Below, in pieces: positions 1 through 12,430 of a stretch of 64,000 nucleotides of DNA (its first letter is position 1; the number at the start of each line of letters is the position of its first letter). This DNA is from Octopus sinensis (taxonomy: Eukaryota), in assembly GCF_006345805.1 (NCBI RefSeq), contig NC_043013.1, positions 43,648,001-43,712,000 on the forward strand, given 5' to 3'. The position numbers and the translations under genes are program-made. Under the pieces are notes generated by a model, which saw nothing but the letters and a program-made list of their open reading frames with translations, ran no database searches and was not told where the DNA came from.

Positions 1-690
1 TTTAATAATTCTACCAATCTACCACCCTGGATTGGTACTATTTTATTGACTTCCCCAAAAGGATGGAAGGCAAAGTTGACCTTGGCAAGATTTGAGCTTT
101 AAGTGGATAAGGCAAAGCATTCTATCCAACTCTGCCACTCTGTTGTCTTAAAATCAAGCTAATCTGGTGACATAGATAAACCAAGATTTCTTCATGTGAA
201 GGAATTTTGGAGAAACAAAGTAATTTTAGAAAATTTGAATGTGATAGCCTAAAGTCTTATCCAGAATGAAGATTTAATCTTTCCTCTGCTTACTGCTAGA
301 GACACCAGTGTTTGACATTAGCATCATGGATTGGTGTGACTTCTGATTGGATTAACAATTTTTTTTTAACTATTTGTCTTATCTCTTGTGCTTTAATTGG
401 ATAACTTAGTAACTGATTTCTTACTTCAGTTCATATCTACAAATCTGCAGGGAGAGGTTTTAGTAAGTTAATTAAAACTTCAATATGTAACAGGTGCTTT
501 TACTGACTTTTAAAGGGAAAACTTGTGAAGAGTTGATTCTTGATTCAAAAAAAAATATTTTTAATCAGGATATTGAAGCATAGTGCTGCGCACTTCTAAG
601 GCATTTAATCTAGAACTTTCCATTTCTTGCACGTTGACACCTTTTCAAAAATTTAATCTTCATTTACTGATTCTCCATTCTTATTTCCAG

Positions 691-798
691 TCTGAGAAGC
701 ACCATTCTGTACTTATGAAGCTACTTTCTCAAGAACTGCAAGTTGAGACAAACCAGATTATGGACTTTGAACTTTGTCTTGCAGACACTCAGCCAGCA
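691..798 (+). CDS. DNPEP: Aspartyl aminopeptidase (M18), first confident exon in window: SEKHHSVLMKLLSQELQVETNQIMDFELCLADTQPA
   Basis: ttccAG acceptor, GTAAGT donor, 108 nt, phase 0/0; matches human DNPEP DERHHSVLM...ELCLADTQPA as recalled. Confidence 0.95.
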
Positions 799-1142
799 GT
801 AAGTTCCTTAACAGTAGTTTCTGCTGTTTTTCTTCCTATATTTCCCTAGTTACCATTATCAATAAGCTTAGATGGCCAAATGGCTGAGATATTGAAGGAG
901 CAATTCCTGATTCATTGTTTCACATCTCACTGCATTTCATTGTGTCTCGCAGCAGGATCACTTAATGGATATCATCTCAGTTTACTTAACTAAACAATAG
1001 TTGCCATCTTATCGTATAATTGTTTCACTCTCAGTTACCTTTGACTAAACAAATCAAAAGCATTCCTGTCATGCCAGTCCCTTCGTTTTTCTCCCCCAGG
1101 TATTGTGTTATAAAGACCACAGATTAAATGTACCACTCATAA

Positions 1143-1650
1143 ACATCATCATCGTCTTCGTTTAACGTCCGCTTTCCATGCTAGCATGGGTTGGACGAAT
1201 GACTGAGGGCTGGCAAACCAGATGGCTGCACCAGGCTTCAATCTTGATCTGGCAGAGTTTCTACAGCTGGATGCCCTTCCTAACGCCAACCACTCCAAGA
1301 GTGTAGCAGGTGTTTTTACGTGTCACCTGTACAGGAGCCAATCCAGCGGCACTGGCAATGCCCTTGCTCGAATGTTGTTTTTCATGTACCACCAGCACAA
1401 TTGCCAGTAAAGCAATGCTGGTAACAATCACTCTCGAATGGTGCTTTTTACGTGCCACCAGAACAGGGGCCAGTCAGCGGCCCTGGCAAAGATCACACTC
1501 GGCTGGTGCTCTTAACGCTCCACTGGCACAGGTGCCAGACATGCAGTGCTGTCATCGAATTTGATTTCGAATTCACTTGCCTCAACAGGTCTTCGCAAGC
1601 TGGGTTTAGTGTCCAATGAAGGAAAGGTACACCTAAGTGGGCTGGTTGAA
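1143..1650 (-). mobile_element. Abundant retroposon with (ATG/CAT)n tail and internal GGTGGCACGTAAAA repeats, probably RTE-related; other copies at about 5700-5895, 8510-8700, 19490-19860, 24860-25215, 28090-28560, 31215-31390, 42620-43160
   Basis: Shared core ctggatgcccttcctaacgccaaccactcc and ccatgctagcatgggttggacg recurs at least 8 times. Confidence 0.75.
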
Positions 1651-1713
1651 ACCAAAATTACAGTTACAACAAAATTACAACTACAGTTACAATGTTTCAA
1701 TTGTTTCTTCCAG

Positions 1714-1791
1714 GTCATTGGTGGCATTTGTGAAGAGTTTATATTTTCTCCACGTCTGGATAACTTGGTGAACTCCTTCTGTGCTTGTAAG
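1714..1791 (+). CDS. DNPEP: DNPEP exon: VIGGICEEFIFSPRLDNLVNSFCACK (metal-ligand Asp of RLDN)
   Basis: ttcttccAG / GTAAGT, 78 nt, phase 0/0; M18 motif EFIFxPRLDNL. Confidence 0.97.
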
Positions 1792-2954
1792 GTAAGTCTG
1801 AAACACTGATTGCAGTTCTGTTGTTGTTATTTTGAGTTATTATTACAAGGCAGTAAAGTGGTGAGCTGGCAGAATTGTTAGCACACCAGGCAAAATGCTT
1901 AACAGAATTTCATCCATCTTTACATTCCAAGTTCAAATTCGGCTGAGGTCCTTTGCCTTTCATCCCGTCGAAGTTGATAAAATAAGCAGCAGCTGAGCTC
2001 TAGGGTTGATTTAATCAACTTAAACCCTCGACCCACCCACCCCAAACTTGCTGGCATTGTGCAAAATTTGAAACCATTATTACAAGGTAGTTGATGGCTG
2101 AATTAGTGGCGAATCAAGCAAACGTCTTGTGGAATTGTTACACTTCTCTAGGTTCTGAATTCAAATCCTGGTGTGTGTGTTTGTGCTGCTTTGTTTTCAT
2201 ATTGTGTGGTTGTTGTAAATGAGTATCACTGTCATACAAGTAGTGTTACTTGTTTCCATTCTTTCACGGAAACATATCTAGTCATGGAGTAATATTATCT
2301 TGCTTGGAAAGGTGGTGAGCTGTCAATAAAATGAATACCAGCTGAGAACTGGAGTCGATGTAATTGACTTAACCCTGCTCCCAAAATTGCTGGCCTTGTG
2401 CCAAAATTTGAAATCAGTATTACCTTGCTTGGAAACAGGTGAAGTTTGTATAATCCCTATATATGTAAACGGCAAAATGTCTGCGTGTGTGTCCTTTATA
2501 CAAATCCACAATTTTTCAGTTAGAGGGCTCGCACTTTCTATGGTCATTCAAAACCATCCAAGGGTGGTTGTGCACATCTTTACATTTCCCCAGTCACCCT
2601 GCAAAGCCATTAAAAAAATCAATAGAAGTGACTTTTTTGTGAATTTTCTATCCAAAACTCAATCAAAATGCCCGAAAATTGATACGCCAATTGAATGCCA
2701 GCTAGCTGTATGTGATTGGTCAGAGATTTGGACTGTACTCGCATGTATGTGCGCACGCACGCAGCTGTATATGCATGCACTAGCACTATGACCCGGTGTT
2801 GCCGGGTCATAGTCCTAGTGTAATATAAAATAAATTCTAAACATCCATCAATTTATATAAATATTAGTACACAGTTAATTTTGATTGGCTGACAAGATTT
2901 GTTGAAGAATCATAATCATAGCTAACCATTTATTTATTTATTTATTTATTGTAG

Positions 2955-3035
2955 GCCCTCATTGCATCCTGCCAAGAGAACAGCTTAGCAAAAGAAAAAA
3001 ATATTCGTATGATTGCACTCTACGATAATGAAGAA
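2955..3035 (+). CDS. DNPEP: DNPEP exon: ALIASCQENSLAKEKNIRMIALYDNEE (catalytic and metal-binding Glu-Glu)
   Basis: tattgtAG / GTAAGT, 81 nt, phase 0/0; LYDNEE motif. Confidence 0.97.
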
Positions 3036-3446
3036 GTAAGTACCATTAGTTTATTATTACATCACTAGCTTTAGTCAGCTTCTAGTATCATTACACCTGA
3101 GAGCGGGGTTTTTTTATTGTTTAGTCCCTGAACAAAGTATTTCACAGCTCTAATCGGTCTTTTTTAGCTTTCTCAAACTGTATATTTAGAATTATTTTGA
3201 CCATTGTGTTGTTTTTGTTGTTTTTTTTTTTTCTTTAAAGAATAGCAGGATTTGAATTTGAATGCAATTTCATTGTTATTTCAACCAGATTGAATACTCA
3301 CCTAGACATCCCTTTGGTTGACTGGGGTGGATAAAGGTCTGTTATATTTAGTGGTTGGCTCTTAGCTGTTTAAATCAGAGTTTCACTAACGGGGTCCATA
3401 TGACCCTTGGTGGGTCCATATAAGATTTTGTTGTTAAAATTTATAT

Positions 3447-3652
3447 ACTCTTTTACTTGTTTCAGTCATTTGACTGTGGCCATGCTGGAGCACCGCCTTT
3501 AGTCAAGCAAATCGACTCCAGGACTTATTCTTTGTAAGCCTAGTACTTATTCTATCGGTCTCTTTTGCTGAACCGCTAAGTTATGGGGACGTAAACACAC
3601 CAGCATCAGTTGTCAAGCGATGTTGGTGGGACAAACACAGACACACAAACAC

Positions 3653-3683
<31 letters not shown>

Positions 3684-3845
3684 CAACGGGCTTCTTTCAG
3701 TTTCCGTCTACCAAATCTACTCACAAGGCTTTGGTCGGCCTGTGGCTACAGTAGAAGACACTTGCCCAAGGTGCCACGCAGTGGGACTGAACCCGGAACC
3801 ATGTGGTTCGTAAGCAAGCTACTTACCACAAAGCCACTCCTACGC
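3447..3845 (-). mobile_element. ~400-bp tRNA-derived SINE with internal TA/CA microsatellite (head aggagtggctgtgtggtaag); copies at about 4265-4670, 7935-8323, 15425-15822, 22955-23160, 29150-29530, 34866-35040, 35714-35960, 44710-45120, 61250-61645
   Basis: Repeated head with box A/B-like motifs (GGTTCAGTCCC) and conserved 3' end gactgaaacaagtaaaagag. Confidence 0.85.
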
Positions 3846-4074
3846 CTACACAATAAATTGGTTATTCTTCTACAATACACAAAATATTTTAACAATTTTA
3901 ACAATATTTTTAAAATTCCTAATATTTAAGTATAAAAATATAATAGGATTTTCTAAATATCGAATGGCTATGAGGGTCTACCTGAGTTAAGTAGGAATCA
4001 TAGGAGTCCATAGGCAAAACATGATTTAGATAAAAGATATGAGTATTCTAATGTTGTTTAATTTTCGTTCATAG

Positions 4075-4229
4075 GTTGGCTCAGACAGTGCCCAAGGAGC
4101 AGCTTCTTTATTCACAGAACTTGTCATGAGAAGAATCTGTAAGGGAACTGTGTTGGCTTTTGAAGAGGCTATACCAAAGTCCTATCATCTCAGTGCTGAT
4201 CAAGCTCATGCTATTCACCCAAACTATGG
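4075..4229 (+). CDS. DNPEP: DNPEP exon: [51 protein letters not shown](G)
   Basis: ttcatAG / GTAAAA, 155 nt, phase 0/2; VGSxSAQGA and SADxAHAxHPNY motifs. Confidence 0.97.
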
Positions 4230-5184
4230 GTAAAAATATTTATTAATTTTTATTTACTCTTTTACTCTTTTACTTGTTTCAGTCATTTGACCGCGGCCAT
4301 GCTGGAGCACCGCCTTTAATCGAGCAACTTGACCCCGGGACTTATTCTTTGTAAGCCCAGTACTTATTCTATTGGTCTCTTTGCCGAACCGCTAAGTGAC
4401 ATGGACATAAACACACCAGCATCGGCTGTCAAGCGATGTTGGGGGGACAAACACAGACATACAAACTCACACACAAACACACACGCACATATAATTTATA
4501 CATATATACGACGGGCTTCTTTCAGTTTCCGTCTACCAAATCCACTCACAAGGCTTTGGTCGGCCCAAGGCTATAGTAGAAAACACTTGCCCAAGGTGCC
4601 ACGCAGTGGGACTGAACCCAGAACCATGTGGTTGGTAAGCAAGCTACTTACCACACAGCCACTCCTACATCTCTTTTAACCCTTTCTTTACCCTATTTCT
4701 GCTGAAACACACTGTCTTCATTTCAACTAATTTCGAAAATAATGAAGAACTTAGTAAAATAGTTTTGTATTTTTAAGCTGGTGTTTGGAACAGAAATGAA
4801 CATGAAATTTTGATTGGAGCTTTTGACTTTGATCATTTTAAAACTGGGTGTTTGTATCATAGAACCAAGGGTTGGCATGGGTGGCTTAGTATCGAAAGGG
4901 TTTAAAATTGGTCGGATAGTTCTACAAAATGAAGTATTCACAGAAATTGTTGAGACAGATTTTCTATGGCTGGATGCCCTTCTTGTCACCAACCCTTACC
5001 TGTATCCAAATGAAGTAATATTTCCTATGGACAAATCGATCTTCCTGTAGAAAACTGAGCATCACCATTGTACAAAAGATGTTGTTCATTTCCATTTGCA
5101 ACCAACATGTAATATCAGGACAAGGGTACACACACACACGTATGTATGTATGTATGTATGTATATGTGTGTGTGTGTGTGTGTG

Positions 5185-5237
<53 letters not shown>

Positions 5238-6567
5238 TGACAAGCTTCTTTCAGTTTCCATCTACCAAATCAACTCACAAGACTTTGGTTGATTCAAGGC
5301 TATAGCAGAGAACACCAATCCAAGGTGCCATACAGTGAGATTGAACCCAAGGCTACATGGTAGTAAAGCAAGCTCCTGAGCCAGACAAGCCCCATCTGCA
5401 CTTATAGTTGAAGTTTTTTTTCTTTTTTTCTAAATTAGTCATGGCTTATTTCTCAAGCCTCATATAATAAATGTCTTTATAGCATATTGTTTTGACTAAC
5501 TTTGACACATTCCACTGAGTGTTGATGGAAGATAAAATGCAGTGAAATGACAGAAATAGTAACATTGGACAAAATTTTTAAATTCCTTTCAGTGTCAGTA
5601 CTGTATTTAATGGTATATTTTATCCCCCCAAAAATATCTCAAAAATATCACCCTGGGTACTACATGAGAAATTGAGTTTCTCATAGGCTTTAATGAACTA
5701 AAAAAAATTTTTGCCAGTGCCACATAAAAATCACCCAGTATACTCTGTAAATTGGTTGGCATCAGGAAGGGCATCCAACCAGAGAAACCATATCAAAACA
5801 GACAATTGAACCTGGCACAGCCTCTGGCCTTACCAGCTCTCATCAAATCGTCCAACCCATGTCAGTATGGAAAACGAACATTAAATGATGATGAATATGC
5901 GCTACTAAAATTGGAATGCATCTAATATGCCCATATGTCTTCAATGCCATCTAATATGTACACCTGTCTTGTACTAGGGTTAATCCGACCAGCTGTGTCC
6001 TTTCCCTGAGCAAATTTTCAACATTGTGTGTGCCCCTGTGATACAAAAACAACAGGACACCATAGCGACTGGACTACTGTATTTAAATCTGTCCCTCTAC
6101 ATCTGTAGTCCTCAACCACTTTTTGCCTGTGGACACCTTTGATTCCTATTTTACTCTTTATTTGATGTGTATAAAAAAAGGTTTGGTATTTGTAGCTTCT
6201 GATGCCAGGATATTGCTCTCTTTGAGATGGTCCCAAGTGCAACAATCACAGTAGGTACCACACTCCCTTTTGAGGCTCTATGGATTTGTTTCACTTCCAA
6301 TGCTGGGTCTTAGTACTTCCCAGTGACTATTAGACTATTATTATTATTATTATTTGAGCTGGCAGATTGGGCAAAATGCTTAGCGGCGTTTCATTCATCT
6401 TTATGTTCTGAGTTCAAATTCCACCAAGGCTGACTTTGCCTTTCATCCTTTCAGGAGTCAATAAAATAAGTAAAATAAGTTGATCACTGAGGTCAACGTA
6501 ATTGTTTAGTAGACAGGATGATTATTATTATTATTATTAAGGCAGTTAAATAGCAGAATCATTAACG

Positions 6568-6891
6568 GAAAGGGTAACATCTCGAAAGAGCTGTTCTTCA
6601 CTCCTGCTCCAGAGCGTGGGCTGCGGGATCACTCCGAAAAGCTCTATCTACGACGATTTCATCTCAATCGACGGAGAGGGGCTTTCTCCGTCCGGGTTGC
6701 GGATCTGTGGAATAAGCTGCCGGACGAGATAGTGAAGATGCCAACGACCGCTCGGTTCAAAGTCTCTCTTGATCAGAAATGGCCTGAACTCTTTGTATGA
6801 CCACCCTCCCTGTACATAACTCCCTGTCCCCCTACATGGCCTTGCTTTTGCTTTTTGAGCCAATAAAAATTGAATTGAATTGAATTGAAAA
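6568..6891 (+). mobile_element. 5'-truncated CR1-type LINE 3' end inserted into a SINE
   Basis: 76 uninterrupted codons (6570-6800) ending FSVRVADLWNKLPDEIV...FKVSLDQ, AATAAA and (TTGAA)n tail; SINE halves on both sides; possible AACG duplication. Confidence 0.85.
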
Positions 6892-7113
6892 AACGCCGGG
6901 TGAAATGCTTAGCAGTAATTTGTCTGTTGCTAAGTTCTGAGTTCAAATTCCACCGAGGTCAGCTTTGCTTTCATCCTTTCAGGGTTGATAAATTAAGTAC
7001 CAGTGAAACACTGGGGTCAGTGTGATCGACTAGTCCCCTCTCCACAAATTTCAAGCCTTGCACTTATAGTATAAAGGATTATTATTATTATTATTTTTCT
7101 TCGTTAATTTTAG

Positions 7114-7153
7114 TGAGAAACATGAAGAACTCCACCATGTTGAAATGCATAAG
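7114..7153 (+). CDS. DNPEP: DNPEP exon: (G)EKHEELHHVEMHK
   Basis: aattttAG / GTAAAG, 40 nt, phase 2/0, fits both flanking exons; aligns to human DKHEENHRPLFHK. Confidence 0.92.
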
Positions 7154-7442
7154 GTAAAGGATTCTTTCATTATTTTTTTTTTGCCTCATTCCAGATTCTT
7201 CCAATACTAACTTCACCTGAAAAACAATCAAAGACTTTGTTAGGTTTTTTTTTTTATCTTTCTCACTGGGGAGAAATTAAATCTGAAGAAAATAGTGACT
7301 GATCACATGTACACATGCTCACACACACACACACACACACACACATATGATCATTGCCTTATTTATACAGCCATGATTTTTTAAAAACTTTTTAAGGCAA
7401 TTCAAAGGCTGCCATTTCTAGTAGGTTAAGTAACTACAGAGT

Positions 7443-7690
7443 GGAGGCGCATGGCTTAGTGGTTAGGGTGTCAGCATCATAATCCTAAGATTGTGGTTTC
7501 AATTCCTGGACCGGGCGACGCGTTGTGTTCTTGAGCAAAACACTTCATTTCACGTTGCTCCAATCCACTCAGCTGGCAAAAATGAGTAACGCTGTGATGG
7601 ACTGGCGTCCCGTCCAGCTGGGGAACACTTATGCCATTGAAACCGGGAAACCGGGCCCATGAGCCTGGCTAGGCTTTAAAAGGGTGCATT
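7443..7690 (+). mobile_element. tRNA-derived SINE (head ggaggcgcatggcttagtggttagg); second copy at 57575-57806 (-)
   Basis: Box A TGGCTTAGTGG, box B GGTTTCAATTCC; two copies in opposite orientation. Confidence 0.8.
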
Positions 7691-8749
7691 TATTTTATTT
7701 TAAGTAACTACAGAAAGGTCCATGATGAAGAACATTCAAACCATAACCATCACATCGTTTTACAAGCACTTCTTTATAGGAATACATTATCCAATGTTAT
7801 ACTGTAATTAGAATATATCTATAGGTTGTAGGAAACACTGTATGTAATAGACAGCAGGAAATACCTTGTCTTTGTTTACAAAATCTTTGTGGTTAGAAAA
7901 GGAGGAATCACTCAGACAAGTTCCAATCCTATCTTTTACTTGTTTCAGTCATTAGACTGCAACCATGCTGTGGCACATCCTTGGAGAATTTTAGTTGAAT
8001 AAATCAACCTCGGTGCTTATTATTTTTTGTACAACTTGGGACGTATTCTTTTGGTCTCTTTTGCTGAACTGCTAAGTTACAGGGATGTAAACACCAACAC
8101 TGGTTTGTCAAGTAGTGGCAGGTGGGGACAAATACACACACACACGCACACACATACATACATATAACAGTCTTCTTTCAGTTTATCATCTACCAAATCC
8201 ACTCACAAAACTTTGATCAGCCTGAGGCTGTAGTAGAAGACACTTGCTCAAGGTGCTATGCTGTAGGATTGAACCCAGAACCTTTTTGGTTGGGAAGCAG
8301 ACTTACCACACAACCCCACCTGTAGTGAATTTCATCAATAATCACATACCTTCCTGAACAGTCTACATATACACTGACTCCAAATCAACCAATAAGGATT
8401 TAAGTAAATTTATCTGATTTGTATATTATAATGCATTCTTGGCAGTTAAGTTCAATTAATTAATTACTAATGCACTTTGCATAATGCAAATTACAAACAA
8501 ATTAAATGTACTCGTGGCACGTAAGAAACACCCACTACACTCTTGGAGTGGTTGGCGTTAGGAAGGGCATCCAGCTGAAGAAACACTGCTAGATCAGATT
8601 GGAGCCTGGTGCAGTCACTGGTTGTCCAGACCTCAGTCAAACCATCCAACCCATGCCAGCATGGAAAACGGACGTTAAACGATGATGATGATGATGATGA
8701 TTCTTGAAGACAGCTGTATTATTCTGACATTATTTTCTGTAATTTTCAG

Positions 8750-8851
8750 GGTTACGTGTTGAAGATCAATGCTAATCAAAGATATGCGTCCACAGCTATC
8801 ACATGCGCTATACTGCGCAAAATTGCAGCTCAGGCCAATGTACCACTGCAG
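8750..8851 (+). CDS. DNPEP: DNPEP exon: GYVLKINANQRYASTAITCAILRKIAAQANVPLQ (substrate-specificity Lys)
   Basis: ttttcAG / GTAAGA, 102 nt, phase 0/0; KxNxxQRYA and VPLQ motifs. Confidence 0.96.
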
Positions 8852-9404
8852 GTAAGAACAGCCCTCTAAAGAAAATCCTCTACATACTTGCTCCCTTACA
8901 AACTTGAACGTCAAAAAACTACCAAGATTGATCGCTCTCTCCAATCCAAATCCTCTGATAAGCTTCTTGTAATTGACCTTAACAAAATTGAAGCTGTCAC
9001 CAGACTAAAGTTCATTTTTACTCATTTCTGCTGAGGTTACCATAAAAACTGGACTTCTCAATGGCCTAGTTCCTCCCATTGTAAATAGAAACCATAGAGA
9101 GGTTCAGTTCTCTATTAATTAGTGATGGGTACCATATATTTGAGGAGTGTCTCGTTAGTTTGATGCACCAAATTCAAATCTGTCTATTAGCAACACCTGC
9201 AACAGATTGGATTTCAATCCGGAAAAGAAAATGCCTCTTAATTAATGTCTTAAAAACTCAAAGTGTTGCATGCCTTCACATTCCTGCCATTTGTGAACAA
9301 GCTTAATTGCAAAACCTGTATAAAATGTCATGGCAACTCCCCTGCGTGATAGTGTACTGTGTATTTCCACAACAGATTGGACCTAGAACACACATGTATA
9401 TAGC

Positions 9405-9435
<31 letters not shown>

Positions 9436-9448
9436 CATACATATTTAA

Positions 9449-9674
9449 AGAGCTGGCAGAAACGTTAGCGTGCCAGGCGAAATGCGTAGCCGTATTTCGT
9501 CTGTCGTTACGTTCTGAGTTCAAATTCCGCCGAGGTCAACTTTGCCTTTCATCCTTTTGGGGTCGATAAATGAAGTACCAGTTACGTACAGGGGTCGATG
9601 TAATTGACTTAATCCATTTGTCTGTCCTTGTTTGTCCCCTCTATGTTTAGCCCTTTGTGGGCAGTAAAGAAATA
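9449..9674 (+). mobile_element. ~225-bp tRNA-derived SINE with Nin/Deu-like core and GTGGGYARTAAAGAAAT tail; full copies also at 32821-33049 (-), 58254-58482 (-), 59227-59445 (+), plus many decayed copies
   Basis: Head ggcggcgagctggcagaa, box B GAGTTCAAATTC, core gcctttcatcctttcggggtcgataa, conserved tail. Confidence 0.88.
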
Positions 9675-10405
9675 TATATATATACATATATATATATATA
9701 AAGAGTAGGTCAAAAGTCATGCATCAAAACATTCAACATTTTTCGTTTTTATTACATTATTATTATTAAGGCGGTGAGCTGACAGAATTGTTACCATGCT
9801 GGATGAAATCCTAAGTGGTATTTCACTCATTGCTACATTCTGAGTTCAAATTCCACCAAGGTCAACTTTGTCTTTCATCCTTTTGAGGTTAACAAATTAA
9901 GTACCAGTGAAATACTGGGGTCAATGTAATTGATTAGTTCCCCGCCCCATCACCACCACAATTTCGGGCCTTGTGCTTTTAGTAGAAAGAATTATTATTA
10001 TTATTATTATTATTAAGGTAGTGAGCTGGCAGAATTATTAGCATGCTGGGAAAAATGCTTAGCAGCATTTCATCTGTCATTACATTCTGAGTTCAAATGC
10101 TGCCAGTCGACTTTGCCCTTCATCCTTTTGGGGTCAATAACATAAATACCAGTTGAACACTGGGGTTGATGAAATCAACTTCCAAATTTCAGACCTTGTG
10201 CCTATAATAGAAAAGACTATTATTATTATTATTATCATTATTATTATTGTTATTATTGTTGTTGTTATTGTTATTCATTTTGTTCATCATGTATGAGTAT
10301 CCATGTATTCAATATTATTTTATTTCTTTTCAAATTTTGAAAAATTGATGCATGTCTGACAATTCTGGAGTGTATTGAACTTATTTTGTGCCTAACTTTT
10401 GGCCC

Positions 10406-10441
<36 letters not shown>

Positions 10442-11724
10442 ACGCAATTAGAGGTATGAAGACAGGGAAAGCCCCTTGCCCATCAGGAATCACATATATA
10501 AAATACACAAGACCTGTATGTTATTCTTAAACTTTCAGTTGGCTTCGAGTTCTGTTTCACATTTAAGTGATAACTTCCTAAATCTATACACAATATCTGT
10601 TCCAACTTTCAGCAGTGAATGTCTGTCTAGTCACAGGTTGGACTGCTTAAATCTGGCAACCTTAGAACTTGGCCATTGCCAAACCATAGTAAAGATATTG
10701 ACCCCACTAAAGGAGTTATCCTAAATGGAAATATGAAAATAGCCTTACCATCTCATTCCACATCATAATCATTTAGCATCTGTTTTCCATGCTGGCATGA
10801 ATTTTTGATGGTTTGACTGGAACTATTAAGTCACAGAGCTGCACTAAACTCCAATGTATTCTGGCTTGGTTTCTACAGCTGGATGCCCTTCCTACACTCC
10901 CCAGAGTGTAGCGGGTGCCTTTTCTGTGTTACCAGCATAGGTACCTGTTATGTGTTACTTGCACTGGCCACAACTACAATTTCATTTAGTTTGACAAGTT
11001 TTCTCAAGCAGAGCAAATCGACAAAGGTCTCAGTCGCTTGTCATCACCTCTGTGAGACTCAACATCTGAAGATCATACTTCACCACCTCATTCCTTTATT
11101 CCACATATATATTAATGTCCTATCGACAAAGCTTAAAACAGGAAATAATGCAATAATGCTTCCAAACAATAATGCTTTCTGATTTTTATTATTTCATGTA
11201 AAAAGAAAATCTGAAAATTAAAATTCAAAACATGCCAAACCCTTGAGTGCCAGGTTTAAGAGATCCAATTTTTTAACATATTTTGACCTGAAGGAAAGGT
11301 TAATACTGAAAAATGTTTATGCTCTTTGTATTGTTTCTTGTAAAATTTGACTCCCCGGGAATGCAGACCCAAGTCATTAGTCTGCTTCTGATGATGATGA
11401 GAATGATTAAGAGTAGTGGTGGCAGCAACAGTTGCTGTTGATTAATTCTAGACCAGTACAAATCCAGCAGACTCGTGATCAAGCTCTCCAACTATGACCA
11501 TCCTCTCACTTTGTCAGACATAGTGTATCTAGCACTAAATTATCTTATGCATTCTTCTCTTTTTAAGACGGTAAGGTATGATTTAAGAGATTTGACTGCT
11601 GTTTCTAGCAGATCAAGTAACCAAGTAATGAATAGGACCATCATAAAAGACCAATTAAATTAATGTTAACGATAAAATTTTTAATTCACATTCATTCTTT
11701 TTATTAATTTTTATTTACTTCAAG

Positions 11725-11892
11725 GATTTTGTTATTCGCAACGATTCCGTTTGTGGTAGCACCATAGGACCGATTTTATCCCAGAAGATTGGTATTCCCA
11801 CTGTTGACGTCGGTAGCCCTCAGCTAAGCATGCACTCAATCAGAGAACAGTGCTGCACAACGAGTATTGCACATGGAATTGCTCTGTTCAAG
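11725..11892 (+). CDS. DNPEP: DNPEP exon: [56 protein letters not shown] (metal-ligand His of MHSIRE)
   Basis: tacttcaAG / GTAAGA, 168 nt, phase 0/0; CGSTIGP and QLxMHSIRE motifs. Confidence 0.97.
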
Positions 11893-11954
11893 GTAAGATC
11901 AATCCTAGTTTCAAATTCTACCTTTATCATCGAAGTCACATCTTGGCAAATTGT

Positions 11955-12215
11955 TGACATCTCACACACACACATTCACTCTCTCATGCGTACACACATT
12001 TACTCTCACACATGCGCACACACACACACATTCACTCTTTTACATGCACACACACACACACATTCACTCATGCGCACACACATTTACTCTCACACATGCA
12101 CACACACACACATTCACTCTCTCATGTGCACACGCACACACATTCTCTCGCACACATATTCACACCCTTTCTCTCTTTTTCACACACACCTTCACTCACA
12201 CATACACATACACGC
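11955..12215. repeat. Compound CA/CT minisatellite in the last DNPEP intron; related longer copy at 14385-15125
   Basis: Units such as cattcactctctcatgcacacacac; both tracts end in atcatttgcctgatttcc. Confidence 0.85.
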
Positions 12216-12430
12216 AACAATCATTTGCCTGATTTCCATCTCCCATTTATATTGTTCTTTGAGTTCAAATACTACTTTCATTGACTTTCATTCTTTGGGC
12301 CTGATGAAAAAAAGGACCTACTGAAGGTTGTGGATTGGCAGAACTGTAAGAAAATCAGATCAGATATCTTGCAATATTTGTTCCAGTTCTTTGCTTTCTG
12401 AGTTCAAATCCTGTCCTGCCATGGACTACT

